From Nitrospirota bacterium (GTDB lineage: Bacteria > Nitrospirota > UBA9217), in contig JALNZF010000014.1 of the NCBI GenBank assembly GCA_023229435.1, positions 1,445-65,444 of the forward strand: DNA of 64,000 nt. Direction: 5' to 3'. The notes below the pieces were generated by a model. That model did no database searches and had not been told where the DNA came from. It worked only from the letters and a program-made list of their open reading frames with translations. Positions 19,874-29,588 of this stretch are shown piece by piece. Within the stretch, counting starts at the first letter, position 1. Each line of letters starts with the position of its first letter. The position numbers were made by a program, and so were the translations under genes.

Positions 19874-20911
19874 ATGATGATCGACCTCAAATCCCTCACT
19901 CCCCGTGAAATGGACCTGTTCTGCACGCGTACGCTGGGACAACGGGCCGGCCAGGGGACCCGGGTCGCTGTCCGGCTTTACCGGAAGAAGATCGAAGATA
20001 TCGATTCCATGGCGGACCTGAACAAGCCCTTTCGGGATCAACTGAAACGCGCCTGTACAATATCCGCGCTCGCGATCAAGCAGCGCAGCACGTCCGACGA
20101 CGGCACACAGAAACTGTTGTATCAGCTGGATGACGGGAACACGATCGAAGGCGTGCTCATCCCCGGTCCGGGCGGACGGCTCACGCTCTGCGTTTCGTCA
20201 CAGGTCGGTTGCGCATCGGGCTGCGGCTTCTGCCTCACCGGCTCAAGCGGACTCGTGCGGAACCTCACGGTTTCGGAACTCGTGAACCAGGTATTCGCAG
20301 CATGGAGCATCGTCGGGGACAAAACGATCTCGAACATCGTATTGATGGGCACCGGCGAGCCGCTCAGTAATTATGAAGCAGTCAGAACGTTCATCGAGAT
20401 CGCCACGGACCGGAACGGGATGGGGTTCTCGCCCCGGAAGGTGACGCTCTCTACCTGCGGACTCGCGCCGATGATCGAGAAACTCGCGGATGACGGTGTG
20501 GAGGTGAGCCTTGCGGTTTCGTTGAACGCTGTGACGGATGAGATGCGGGACACGATGATGCCGGTGAATAAAACGTATCCGCTCGCGCGGTTGATGCAGG
20601 CAGTGCGGTATTACTGCGACAAGACCGGCAGGACGGTGACAATAGAATATGTGCTCTTCAAGGGAATTAATGATTCAACAAATGATGTGAAACTGCTTAT
20701 GGAGCTGCTAAAGGACCTGCCCTGCATGATCAATATCCTGCTCTTCAACCCCTTCCCCGGTTCGTCTTTTGACCGCCCCGATGAACAGCGGGCCTTCTTC
20801 TTCCGTGATACCCTCGTGAATAACGGCTACGTGGCCGTGGTCAGGAACAGCCGCGGCCGCGACATCCACGCGGCCTGTGGCCAGCTCAGGGCGGCTTCAT
20901 CAAGGGACTGA
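19874..20911 (+). CDS. rlmN: 23S rRNA/tRNA (adenine-C2)-methyltransferase RlmN (radical SAM)
   Basis: CVSSQVGCASGCGFCLTG radical-SAM motif, ..LMGTGEPL.., C-terminal AACGQL. The ORF opens at TTG 19793 and ATGs lie at 19832, 19856 and 19874. 19874 was chosen by similarity of N-terminal length, so the start is uncertain. Confidence 0.85.
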   Translation: MMIDLKSLTPREMDLFCTRTLGQRAGQGTRVAVRLYRKKIEDIDSMADLNKPFRDQLKRACTISALAIKQRSTSDDGTQKLLYQLDDGNTIEGVLIPGPGGRLTLCVSSQVGCASGCGFCLTGSSGLVRNLTVSELVNQVFAAWSIVGDKTISNIVLMGTGEPLSNYEAVRTFIEIATDRNGMGFSPRKVTLSTCGLAPMIEKLADDGVEVSLAVSLNAVTDEMRDTMMPVNKTYPLARLMQAVRYYCDKTGRTVTIEYVLFKGINDSTNDVKLLMELLKDLPCMINILLFNPFPGSSFDRPDEQRAFFFRDTLVNNGYVAVVRNSRGRDIHAACGQLRAASSRD

Positions 20912-20952
20912 TTCAGGCCCATTTGGTTCTTAGTACTGCAGCAAACCTTTTT

Positions 20953-21086
20953 CGTCATTCCCGAATGCCTTGGTTCGAGCCTGCCCCGGGGAGCCTGCCC
21001 TCGAACGGTTTAATCGGGGGATTAAAGCCGAGGGGAATCCAGGTATTTCAAAACTTTCTAGATTCCGGGTCAAGCCCGGAATGACG
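20953..21086. repeat. Palindrome-ended intergenic element (cgtcattcccg .. ccggaatgacg)
   Basis: The terminal 11-mers are reverse complements. The internal core is shared with 7596-7665. The gcctgccctcgaa module also occurs in other repeat families. Confidence 0.7.
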
Positions 21087-21134
21087 GATTAAAGACATAA
21101 CAGACCAAGATTCCAACAATAGTTTGCTGTAGTA

Positions 21135-22082
21135 TTAGCACGGTTTCTCATTCCGTTTCATCTTCCTCAGTTTCTCAATCATCCCGGCCATGTCCTCCGG
21201 CGGCGGGGCGATGAACGTCATCGGTTTTCGGGTGTCCGGATGGAGAAACGAAAGCGATTCCGCATGAAGCATCTGGCGGGTGATGATGGTTTCTCCGAAA
21301 TGTGTCGCTTTCCCGCCGCCATACACCCGGTCGCCGAGCACTGGATAGCCGATATGCGCCAGGTGCACGCGGATCTGGTGCGTGCGGCCGGTCTTGATCT
21401 CCACCTCCACCAGCGTTGCTTTTGGGTATCGCTCCTTCACCGTGAACAGGGTGATTGCCTCGCGTGCCATGTTCGTGTGCACGCTGATCTTCTTCCGCTC
21501 CTTCACATGGCGGCCAAGGCCGACCGCGATCGTTCCTGATCCTTTCTTGATCACGCCCGCGACCAGCGCGATGTAGCGCTTCTTGACCACACGGTCCTTG
21601 AACTGCATGGACAACGAGCGGAGCGCCTCCTGTGTCCGGGCCACGACCATGACTCCCGAGGTGTCCTTGTCCAGGCGGTGCACGATGCCGGCGCGTTCGC
21701 GCGCGTCCCCTTCCGTGCCCGGGCTTCGAGACGGCAGGCTGCCGTAATGATACAACAGCGCGTTCACGAGCGTGCCGGTATAGTTCCCGGGCGCGGGATG
21801 CACCACGAGACCCGGCGGTTTGTTCAGCACGACAATGTGGGAATCTTCGTAGAGAATGGAAAGCGGGATCGGTTCGGGCAGGACGTCGTGGAATTTTCTT
21901 TCCGGGAGCTCGAGCGTGATGTTTTCACCAAGCTTTACCTTATACCCCGGCTTTTCCTGCTTGCCGTTCACGAGCGCAAGGCCGCTCTTGATCAGGGTCT
22001 GGATGCGGTTGCGGGAGATGTGCGGCTCGTAATGCGCAATATAGATATCGAGGCGCTTGCTGACGTGCTTTTCAGTGACCAT
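21135..22082 (-). CDS. rluD: RluA-family 23S rRNA pseudouridine synthase (RluD-like) with S4 domain
   Basis: HRLDKDTSGV catalytic motif and N-terminal S4 domain (RLD.Y....ISR..IQ.LI..G...VNG). ATG at 22082 or 22100; codon 22118 is TTG. Confidence 0.85.
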   Translation of the reverse strand: MVTEKHVSKRLDIYIAHYEPHISRNRIQTLIKSGLALVNGKQEKPGYKVKLGENITLELPERKFHDVLPEPIPLSILYEDSHIVVLNKPPGLVVHPAPGNYTGTLVNALLYHYGSLPSRSPGTEGDARERAGIVHRLDKDTSGVMVVARTQEALRSLSMQFKDRVVKKRYIALVAGVIKKGSGTIAVGLGRHVKERKKISVHTNMAREAITLFTVKERYPKATLVEVEIKTGRTHQIRVHLAHIGYPVLGDRVYGGGKATHFGETIITRQMLHAESLSFLHPDTRKPMTFIAPPPEDMAGMIEKLRKMKRNEKPC

Positions 22083-22193
22083 GTGAGTGATAAGAGGCAT
22101 AGATATGGCTAAATGCAAATTTCAAAATGCAAAAGTAATAACGCAAAATAATGAGGCGGTGCAAATCAATTTGCAATTTGCATTTTGCCTTTT

Positions 22194-22994
22194 TCATTTT
22201 GCATTACGTGTCTTCCCCAGCTTCCACAGCATAAACAGAGAGAACCCGAACAGGAACACCGCGATGATCTGCGACGTGGAGACCACGCCTCCGAAGTACA
22301 GGCCGCGATCCGCATCCCCCCGGAAAAACTCCATGATGAACCGCAGGACCGAATAAAAGAGCGGGTAGAGCCAGAAGAGCTGGCCATCGAACTTTCTGTG
22401 CCGCCACAGGACCATCAGAATTCCGAAGATCAGGAACTCGCCTCCGGACTCCATAAGCTGGGTCGGGAAAAGCGACACCCCCAGGGGCGCAAGCGAGTGC
22501 GAATCATGGAAGGTTATGCAAACCGGACCGCTGCACAGGGATCCGTAACAGCATCCGGCGAAAAAACAGCCGAGCCTGCCGAATGCGTGTCCAAGAGCGA
22601 TGTAAGGCGCCACGATGTCCGCGATCTTCCAGACCGGTAGTTTGTGCTTCCGCACGTACCAGATCCCGACAGGGACGGCGGCGATCAGACCTCCATAGAA
22701 CACGAGCCCCCCCTTCCAGATCGCGAAGGCATCCAGCGGGTTCGCGGTGAATTCCCGCAGCGTTGTCAGTACATAAAGGGCCCGTGAGCCGACAATGGCC
22801 GCGATAAGCAGGTAAACGCCCATGTCCATGATGCGGTCAGGATTGATACCCTCCTTCCTGGCACGCCGCGACGCCAGCAAAACAGCAAGGAGGAAGCCGA
22901 TACCGATCATCAGGCCGTACATCCTGATCGGAATGGGGCCCAGCGTCCAGCTCCCGATCGTGATTCCGGGTATTTCGAACAGTATAGGGTGCAT
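22194..22994 (-). CDS. lgt: Prolipoprotein diacylglyceryl transferase
   Basis: 266-aa polytopic protein. IRMYGLMIGIGFL.., ..GR.GCFF.GCCYG.. are Lgt signatures. Confidence 0.9.
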   Translation of the reverse strand: MHPILFEIPGITIGSWTLGPIPIRMYGLMIGIGFLLAVLLASRRARKEGINPDRIMDMGVYLLIAAIVGSRALYVLTTLREFTANPLDAFAIWKGGLVFYGGLIAAVPVGIWYVRKHKLPVWKIADIVAPYIALGHAFGRLGCFFAGCCYGSLCSGPVCITFHDSHSLAPLGVSLFPTQLMESGGEFLIFGILMVLWRHRKFDGQLFWLYPLFYSVLRFIMEFFRGDADRGLYFGGVVSTSQIIAVFLFGFSLFMLWKLGKTRNAK

Positions 22995-23009
22995 GATGAG
23001 CCTTTCCTG

Positions 23010-23058
23010 CCCCTCACCTTAGTCCTCTCCCCGGCGGGGAGAGGGTGGGGAGAGGGGG
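23010..23058. repeat. REP-like element, copy 3
   Basis: cccctcaccttagtcctctccccggcggggagagggtggggagaggggg. Confidence 0.7.
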
Positions 23059-23081
23059 ATTCCGTAGGAATGTAACAATAA

Positions 23082-23582
23082 TTACTTCGTTTGGATTGGC
23101 GCTTGTGATTTGGCGCCTGCCCCGAACAGCATCTCGATCGCCAGCAGTACAACACCGAGCGTAATGGCCGAATCCGCCACGTTGAACGACGGCCAATAGT
23201 ACGATTTCACGTACCACTGGATGAAGTCCACCACCTCACCGTACCTGATACGGTCGACCACATTGCCCATTGCCCCGCCCGCGATGAGCGAGAACGCATA
23301 CACCGTGAGCCGATCGCGTGTTTTCACGATGAGTGCGATGATCACCGCTATGGCAACGATCGTGACCGCGATGAAGAACGCGCTCCTCCAGAACTCCGGC
23401 AGATTGGAAAGAATGCCGAAGGCCGCGCCCTTGTTGCGCACATGGGTGATATTAAAGAAGCCGGGAACAACGATGATAACGTCATGCAGCCGGATGCGCG
23501 ACTCCACGAGATACTTGGTAATCTGGTCCAGGACCAGCACGATGCCCACGATCGATCCTGCTTGGAGATATTTATTTTTCAT
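23082..23582 (-). CDS. lspA: Signal peptidase II
   Basis: 166 aa, four TM segments, ..NKGAAFG.. and ..FNVAD.. motifs. Conserved ileS-lspA linkage. Confidence 0.9.
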   Translation of the reverse strand: MKNKYLQAGSIVGIVLVLDQITKYLVESRIRLHDVIIVVPGFFNITHVRNKGAAFGILSNLPEFWRSAFFIAVTIVAIAVIIALIVKTRDRLTVYAFSLIAGGAMGNVVDRIRYGEVVDFIQWYVKSYYWPSFNVADSAITLGVVLLAIEMLFGAGAKSQAPIQTK

Positions 23583-23600
23583 TCTGCCTCAAATCTTTTC

Positions 23601-23655
23601 ACCACTAAGGCACCAAGACTCGAAGGTGTTCTTAGTGTCTTCGTGTCTTTGTGGT
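23601..23655. repeat. 25-bp-arm hairpin filling the ileS-lspA spacer
   Basis: accactaaggcaccaagactcgaag gtgtt cttagtgtcttcgtgtctttgtggt. The arms are largely complementary. Confidence 0.65.
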
Positions 23656-23662
23656 AAAGTTA

Positions 23663-26446
23663 TTAGAGATTCCCCGCGCACCTTCCGCAGATCTCCGGAT
23701 GTTCTTTCACGGACCCCACGGTCTTGCTGTACATCCAGCAGCGGCCGCACTTCACGCCCTCGGCCGGCCCGGCCGCGATCCTGAGCCCATTGATCACCTC
23801 GCTCGCAACAGCGTCAGCCGGCGCGTCTGCTGACCGTGCCAGTGACACTGACGAAACGATGAAGATGAAGGCCAGGTCGTTTGTATACGCATTCAGAAGC
23901 CCGTACAGTTCCGGCGCCACATAGAGCGTCAAACCCGCGTCGAGCGAATGTCCGATCTTCTTGTCTCTGCGGAGCGCTTCGAGCACCTTCGCGGCCTCGC
24001 CGCGCACCGCGAGGATCTTAGTCCATCGCGCCTCAAGTTCGTCATCGATATACTTCTCTTCCACCCGGGGAAACTCCGCAAGGAACACGCTCGTCGTTTT
24101 TGCGCCCTCTTTCATGTAACCCCAGACCTCGTCCGCCGTGAACGACAGCACCGGCGCCATCATGCGGACCATCGCGGAGAGGACCGCATGCATTACGGTC
24201 TGGCCTGACCGGCGTTGCAGCGATGACGTTTGAGCGGTATAGAGCCGGTCTTTCAGGATGTCGAGGTAGAACGCGCTCATGTCAACGGCGCAAAAGTTGT
24301 GCAGCGAGTGGAACACGACATGGAACTCGAATTCGTCGTAGGCCTTCTCCACGCGCTGGACCAGCTTCTGCAGCCGATGCAGTGCCCAGCGATCGATCTC
24401 CACAAGGTCCTTGTCCGCGACCCGGTCCCTCTCGGGATCGAAGTCGGAGAGATTGCCGAGCAGATAGCGGCTGGTGTTCCTGATCCTGCGGTAGGCCTCC
24501 GCGAGATGGGTCAGGATCTCCGGAGAGATGCGGACATCGTCGCGATAGTCCGCTGCCGAGACCCAGAGCCGGAGCACCTCCGCCCCGTACTTGTCGATCA
24601 CTTCCTGGGGCGCGACCACGTTCCCGGCCGACTTGCTCATCTTCTTGCCTGAGCCGTCAACGGTGAATCCGTGCGTCAGCACCGTCCGATAGGGCGCCAT
24701 GCCGGTGGTTCCCACGGACGTGAGGAGCGATGACTGGAACCACCCCCGGTGCTGGTCGCTTCCTTCAAGATACAGGTCCGCGGGCCAGGAGAGTTCCGGC
24801 CGCTGCTTCAGTACCGCGGCATGGCTCACGCCCGAATCGAACCACACGTCGAGGATGTCCATCTCCTTCTCGAAGTCCTTTTTCCCGCACTTTTTGCATG
24901 AAATGCCGGGGGGCATCAGTGCGGCAGCCGGCCTGGTGAACCAGACATCAGCGCCTTCCTGTTCAACGATCGCGGCCACATGGTCGATGATCGTCCTGTC
25001 CAGGAGCAGTTGGCCGCAATCCTTGCAGGTGAATGCCGCGATGGACACACCCCACGCCCGCTGGCGCGAGATGCACCAGTCAGGCCGCTTCTCGACCATC
25101 GAAAGGAACCGGTCCTTGCCCCATCCCGGGACCCAGGTGACCTTGTGGACGTTCTCCACGGTCTTTTTGAGCAGGTCATTGTTCTTCATGGAGATGAACC
25201 ACTGCTCGGTGGCGCGGAAGATGACGGGGTGCTTGCATCGCCAGCAATGGGGATAGGAGTGGGATATTTTTTCCTCGGCAAGCAGCGCGTTCTTTTCTTT
25301 CAGGAGCGTGATGATGCCCTTGTTCGCCTTGTGCACGTGCTCGCCCGCGAACTGGCCGGCCTCTTTGGTGAATCTGGCTTTATGATCGACAGGCGCATAC
25401 ACTTCAAGACCGTACCGAATGCCGACCTCGTAGTCCTCCTGGCCGTGGCCCGGAGCGGTATGCACGACGCCGGTGCCCGCCTCGAGCGTGACATGCTCTC
25501 CGAGGATGACCCGGGAATCCCGGTCTATGAACGGGTGGCGCGCCATGAGGCCTTCAAGCTTGCGGCCTTTGAACTTCTCGATGACCCGGTGCTCTTTCAC
25601 CTCGAACTTCTGGAGGGACTGTGCGAGGAGCGCCTCGGCAACAATGATGACCGAGTCGGAACCGATGTCAACGGCAACGTAGTCGAACTCCGGATGAAGC
25701 GCCACGGCAAGGTTCGAAACGAGCGTCCAGGGGGTGGTGGTCCAGATCACGACCGCGACGTTCTTTCCCGCGAGCACCGGGAATGCCTTTGCCGCGTCCG
25801 GCAGCGCGAATCTGACCGAGATGGATGGCGATTCGTGGTCCGCATACTCCACCTCCGCCTCGGCAAGAGCTGTCTCGCAGGACCCGCACCAGTACACCGG
25901 CTTCTTCCCTTTATACACGCCTCCGGCGCCCACGAACTTGCCGAGCTCCCGCACGATCGCGGCCTCATAGGCATAGTTCATGGTGAGATAGGGATTGTCC
26001 CAGTCGCCGAACACGCCAAGCCGTTTGAACTCTTCCCGCTGAATGTCGATGAACTTTCCGGCATACTCGCGGCAAAGCGTCCGTATCTCGGCCTTGCTCA
26101 TCGTCTCCTTTTTCGGTCCGAGGTTCTTGAGCACCTGGTGCTCAATGGGAAGGCCGTGGCAGTCCCAGCCCGGTACATAGGGAGAGGAAAACCCCTGCAT
26201 GGACTTGTACTTCACGATGATGTCCTTCAGGATCTTGTTCAGCGCGTGGCCGATGTGGATATGGCCGTTCGCGTAAGGCGGCCCGTCATGCAGAATGTAG
26301 GTCTTCTTTCCCTTGTTCCTCTCCTGGATCCGGCCATAGGTCCCCTGCTCTTTCCAGCGCAGTATCGTCCTCTGCTCCAGGTCCTTTAAATTGGCCTTCA
26401 TGGGAAAGTCGGTCTTCGGTAAATTCAGCGTCGTCTTATAATCCAT
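23663..26446 (-). CDS. ileS: Isoleucine--tRNA ligase
   Basis: 927 aa. HIGH variant (PYANGHIHIGH), KMSKS, and a C-terminal Zn-binding CxxC pair. Confidence 0.97.
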   Translation of the reverse strand: MDYKTTLNLPKTDFPMKANLKDLEQRTILRWKEQGTYGRIQERNKGKKTYILHDGPPYANGHIHIGHALNKILKDIIVKYKSMQGFSSPYVPGWDCHGLPIEHQVLKNLGPKKETMSKAEIRTLCREYAGKFIDIQREEFKRLGVFGDWDNPYLTMNYAYEAAIVRELGKFVGAGGVYKGKKPVYWCGSCETALAEAEVEYADHESPSISVRFALPDAAKAFPVLAGKNVAVVIWTTTPWTLVSNLAVALHPEFDYVAVDIGSDSVIIVAEALLAQSLQKFEVKEHRVIEKFKGRKLEGLMARHPFIDRDSRVILGEHVTLEAGTGVVHTAPGHGQEDYEVGIRYGLEVYAPVDHKARFTKEAGQFAGEHVHKANKGIITLLKEKNALLAEEKISHSYPHCWRCKHPVIFRATEQWFISMKNNDLLKKTVENVHKVTWVPGWGKDRFLSMVEKRPDWCISRQRAWGVSIAAFTCKDCGQLLLDRTIIDHVAAIVEQEGADVWFTRPAAALMPPGISCKKCGKKDFEKEMDILDVWFDSGVSHAAVLKQRPELSWPADLYLEGSDQHRGWFQSSLLTSVGTTGMAPYRTVLTHGFTVDGSGKKMSKSAGNVVAPQEVIDKYGAEVLRLWVSAADYRDDVRISPEILTHLAEAYRRIRNTSRYLLGNLSDFDPERDRVADKDLVEIDRWALHRLQKLVQRVEKAYDEFEFHVVFHSLHNFCAVDMSAFYLDILKDRLYTAQTSSLQRRSGQTVMHAVLSAMVRMMAPVLSFTADEVWGYMKEGAKTTSVFLAEFPRVEEKYIDDELEARWTKILAVRGEAAKVLEALRRDKKIGHSLDAGLTLYVAPELYGLLNAYTNDLAFIFIVSSVSLARSADAPADAVASEVINGLRIAAGPAEGVKCGRCWMYSKTVGSVKEHPEICGRCAGNL

Positions 26447-26493
26447 TCAAGTTGCCTCTTCCATTCCGCAATTCACGGTCCGTAACAAATATG

Positions 26494-26574
26494 ATCCGCA
26501 GATTTCGCTGATTAACGCAGATTTTTAAACCAGGACTGAGTCCTTAATCTGTGAAATCTGTGTAATCTGCGGAT
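26494..26574. repeat. Inverted-repeat element upstream of ileS
   Basis: atccgcagatttcgctgattaacgcagattt .. aatctgtgaaatctgtgtaatctgcggat. Confidence 0.6.
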
Positions 26575-26657
26575 AAAGACTCTCGAGACTCCGTATTCCG
26601 AACTGGTTCGACTCATGCTCACCATCATGAGCGACAGTCGAATGATCCGAACTGTAG

Positions 26658-29135
26658 TCAGTCCGTTATCTCTTCAGGATTTATTTTTGTCATCGTGGCC
26701 TCACTCGCAACACCCTGGTCCAGATCGAAGAAATTCGTCTTCGATTTTTTTACCGTATCCGCGTACTGCGTCGGTTCGGTCCCCCGGCGGAAGACATCAT
26801 GATAGACCTCCGCGGCGCCTTCACGCGCCAGGAGCCCGCTCTCGGGGTCGATCGTCACGAATACCACTTCGTCGGTCGCGATGAAATCCTCGGCGGAGTT
26901 GTCCTCGAGCGCCTTTGCCATGACTCTGATCCAGATCGGGAGCGCGGCGCGCGCGCCGGTCTCTTTGTCTCCGAGAGAGGCCTGAGCGTTATCATATCCC
27001 ACCCACACACCCGTGACGATGCTCGGAGCGTACCCCATGAACCAGGCATCCACATAATTGTTCGTGGTTCCGGTCTTGCCCGCCAGCGGCTTCCCGAGGA
27101 CTTGCGCGCCCCTTCCCGTGCCCTCCTCCACCACGCTTTTGAGCAGGCTCGTGACGAGATAGGCCGTGGTACGGTCGATGGCCTCGACGGGCTGGGGTTC
27201 AAAGCTCTCGAGCACCGTGCCGCTGCCGTCAATGATGCTCTTGATGATGATGGGCCCGGTCCGTATCCCCTGGGATGCGAAGGTCGCGTACGCCGAGGTG
27301 AGCTCGAGGGGCGTCACCGCTGATGAGCCGAGGGCTGTTGTGTAATCGTAGCTGATCGGGCTCGTGATGCCGGCCTTCCGGGCGAAATCAATGGTCTTGT
27401 CCAGTCCGATCTTCTCGAGCAGGCCGACCGTAACGGCATTTCGCGAGAGGGCGAGCGCCGTCCGCAAACGCATGGGGCCGAGGAAACGTTCGTCGTAATT
27501 CGTCGGCTTCCACCCCTTCTTATCGTATTCATCCTTCTCGTGGATCACCGGCAGGTCCATAAGGATGGATGCCGGGGTGAACCCGCTCTCGAGCGCCGCG
27601 CCGTAGATAAAGGGCTTGAACGACGACCCGGGCTGGCGCTTCGCCTCCATGGCATGGTTGAATCCGCCTTCAACAAAGTCATAGCCGCCGACCAGGGCGC
27701 GCACGTATCCGGTGAACGGCTCGATCGATACGACCGCGCCCTCCACCAGCGGCGTCTGCTCCAGGAGGAACGAGGCAAGCTGTTTCTTCCTGTCGTAAGC
27801 CTTCAGGCGGACCTTGATGATGTCTCCGGGCTGAACGAGAGCGGCCGGTTTTTTGAACTCGTCGGGCGCGTCCTTTGTCTTCTTGTGAATGATAAGCGCC
27901 CAGGCCATGTCGTCATGCGCGATGTAGCCCATCATACCGCGGCCCTTGACCGTGATCGAGGAATCGTCGACCGCGAGCACATGGGCATTGAACGATTCTC
28001 CGGGCTTCACCATGACGTGGAGCGAGCTCCAATCGATCGGCGCGGACTTGAGCTGTTTGAACCCGAAGCGGCCGCGGAAGCCCTGCCGCTTGTCGAGCGC
28101 GCGGAGTCCCTCCTTGAGCGCGATGCCCGCGGTACGCTGAATGTCCATGTCAATGGAGGTGGTGACCTTGAGCCCTCCCTGGTAAAGCGTGTCAGGCCCG
28201 TATTTCTTCTCGATATATTTCCGGACATAATCGACGACGAACGGAGCGATCTCTTCCAGGGGCCTCAGGTTCTCAAGGTTGAGCGGCTGGTCATAGATCT
28301 TTACGCTCTTCTCCTCGGTGAGATATCCCTCCGCCACCATTCGCTTCAGCACATGCTTCTGCCGGAGCTTGGTCAGGTCGATGTCGCTGTAAGGCGAAAA
28401 AGCCGAGGGAGACTTGGGGAGCCCTGCAAGGAGCGCCGCCTCCGCCTGGTTTACCTCCCAGATGTTCTTGCCGAAATAGGTCTTGGATGCCATCTGCACG
28501 CCGTAGGCGCCGTGCCCAAAGTAGATCTTGTTCAGATAGAGTTCGAGGATCTCGTCCTTCGTCAGCTCCTTCTCGAGCCTGCGCGCCAGGATGATCTCCT
28601 TGATCTTGCGCTTGAATTTCCGCTCCGGCGACAGGAACACCACCTTGGTGAGCTGCTGCGTGATGGTGCTGCCGCCCTGCGACACGCGGACCGCCATGAT
28701 GTTCTTGAGCGCCGCCCTCAGAATACCGCGATAGTCTATGCCCGTGTGCTGGAAGAAGCGAGGGTCTTCGGTCGCCAGGAGCGCGTTCACCATGTACTTC
28801 GGTATGCGCTTGAGGGGTACGTAGATGCCCTTCTCGATCTTGATCTGGCCCAGCACCCGGCCGTCCTCGGCAAGGATCGTCGTGCCCGGGCTTGGCTTGT
28901 AGTCCTTGAGCGACTCCACGGTCGGCAGACCGAACGAGAGAATGAAGAACAGGAACGCGACAAAGAGAACACCGGATACGAAAGCGATCCCCAGGAGCTT
29001 CAATGCCTTCCCGGGAGTAAGATGCTTGAGCCACGGCACCGCGATGGTGAACCAGAATATCTTGAACTGTTCCCAGGCGGATCGAGCCAGCTTGGTGACC
29101 GTTTCACGGGTCGTTTCCAACCATTTTTTCATCAT
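26658..29135 (-). CDS. mrcA: Class A penicillin-binding protein (glycosyltransferase + transpeptidase), PBP1A
   Basis: GT51 motifs (EDPRFFQH, GGSTITQQL), transpeptidase motifs (SSFKP, KTGTT). ATG 29135 (MMKKW) is preferred over the upstream ORF start. Confidence 0.9.
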   Translation of the reverse strand: MMKKWLETTRETVTKLARSAWEQFKIFWFTIAVPWLKHLTPGKALKLLGIAFVSGVLFVAFLFFILSFGLPTVESLKDYKPSPGTTILAEDGRVLGQIKIEKGIYVPLKRIPKYMVNALLATEDPRFFQHTGIDYRGILRAALKNIMAVRVSQGGSTITQQLTKVVFLSPERKFKRKIKEIILARRLEKELTKDEILELYLNKIYFGHGAYGVQMASKTYFGKNIWEVNQAEAALLAGLPKSPSAFSPYSDIDLTKLRQKHVLKRMVAEGYLTEEKSVKIYDQPLNLENLRPLEEIAPFVVDYVRKYIEKKYGPDTLYQGGLKVTTSIDMDIQRTAGIALKEGLRALDKRQGFRGRFGFKQLKSAPIDWSSLHVMVKPGESFNAHVLAVDDSSITVKGRGMMGYIAHDDMAWALIIHKKTKDAPDEFKKPAALVQPGDIIKVRLKAYDRKKQLASFLLEQTPLVEGAVVSIEPFTGYVRALVGGYDFVEGGFNHAMEAKRQPGSSFKPFIYGAALESGFTPASILMDLPVIHEKDEYDKKGWKPTNYDERFLGPMRLRTALALSRNAVTVGLLEKIGLDKTIDFARKAGITSPISYDYTTALGSSAVTPLELTSAYATFASQGIRTGPIIIKSIIDGSGTVLESFEPQPVEAIDRTTAYLVTSLLKSVVEEGTGRGAQVLGKPLAGKTGTTNNYVDAWFMGYAPSIVTGVWVGYDNAQASLGDKETGARAALPIWIRVMAKALEDNSAEDFIATDEVVFVTIDPESGLLAREGAAEVYHDVFRRGTEPTQYADTVKKSKTNFFDLDQGVASEATMTKINPEEITD

Positions 29136-29588
29136 ATGTATCGGCAACCTCAGGGTATTTCGCTCTTTTTGAGCAGTGCCGAAAATAATAACATCCCGGA
29201 GGGATAAAATCAAACGAAAAGTGTGTTTGAGAGGCATTATCGTGTCATAAAAGATTCATTACGAAGAGAGTGACATTGACAATAATCAGATAGGGACCGC
29301 CCTGAGCGCGTTGAAAAGCCTGGCTTCATTGACAATATGCCGACTGTCTGATAAAATCAATGCATCAATAATCGGAACGATGCGGCAACCACTATCCGAT
29401 TTCCCCGGAAGCCCTTATCCGGGACCCGGGACCGTTGAAAACCGCTGGATTCCCGATGAACGCGTTCAGGAATGACGACACTATGCAATGTGACGGTTAA
29501 AAACGTATCGCGGTTCAATTCCAAGCCATCTGAGCAGCACCCAATAATTACTATATCAACCGTTTACGACGAAAAGAGGCGCCCTTTC

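Noticed and set aside
24980-29207. Long plus-strand ORFs of 469 aa and 555 aa, with similar cases at 975-1745, 5310-6038, 6213-7046, 9645-10616, 13693-14463, 58371-59183, 61837-62604 and 62918-63781
   Set aside because: All lie antisense to strongly supported genes (ileS, PBP1A, pgm, kinases, SDR, bamD, dxs, HD-GYP, HEAT). They have the Arg/Gly/Asp/His-rich bias typical of GC-rich shadow frames.
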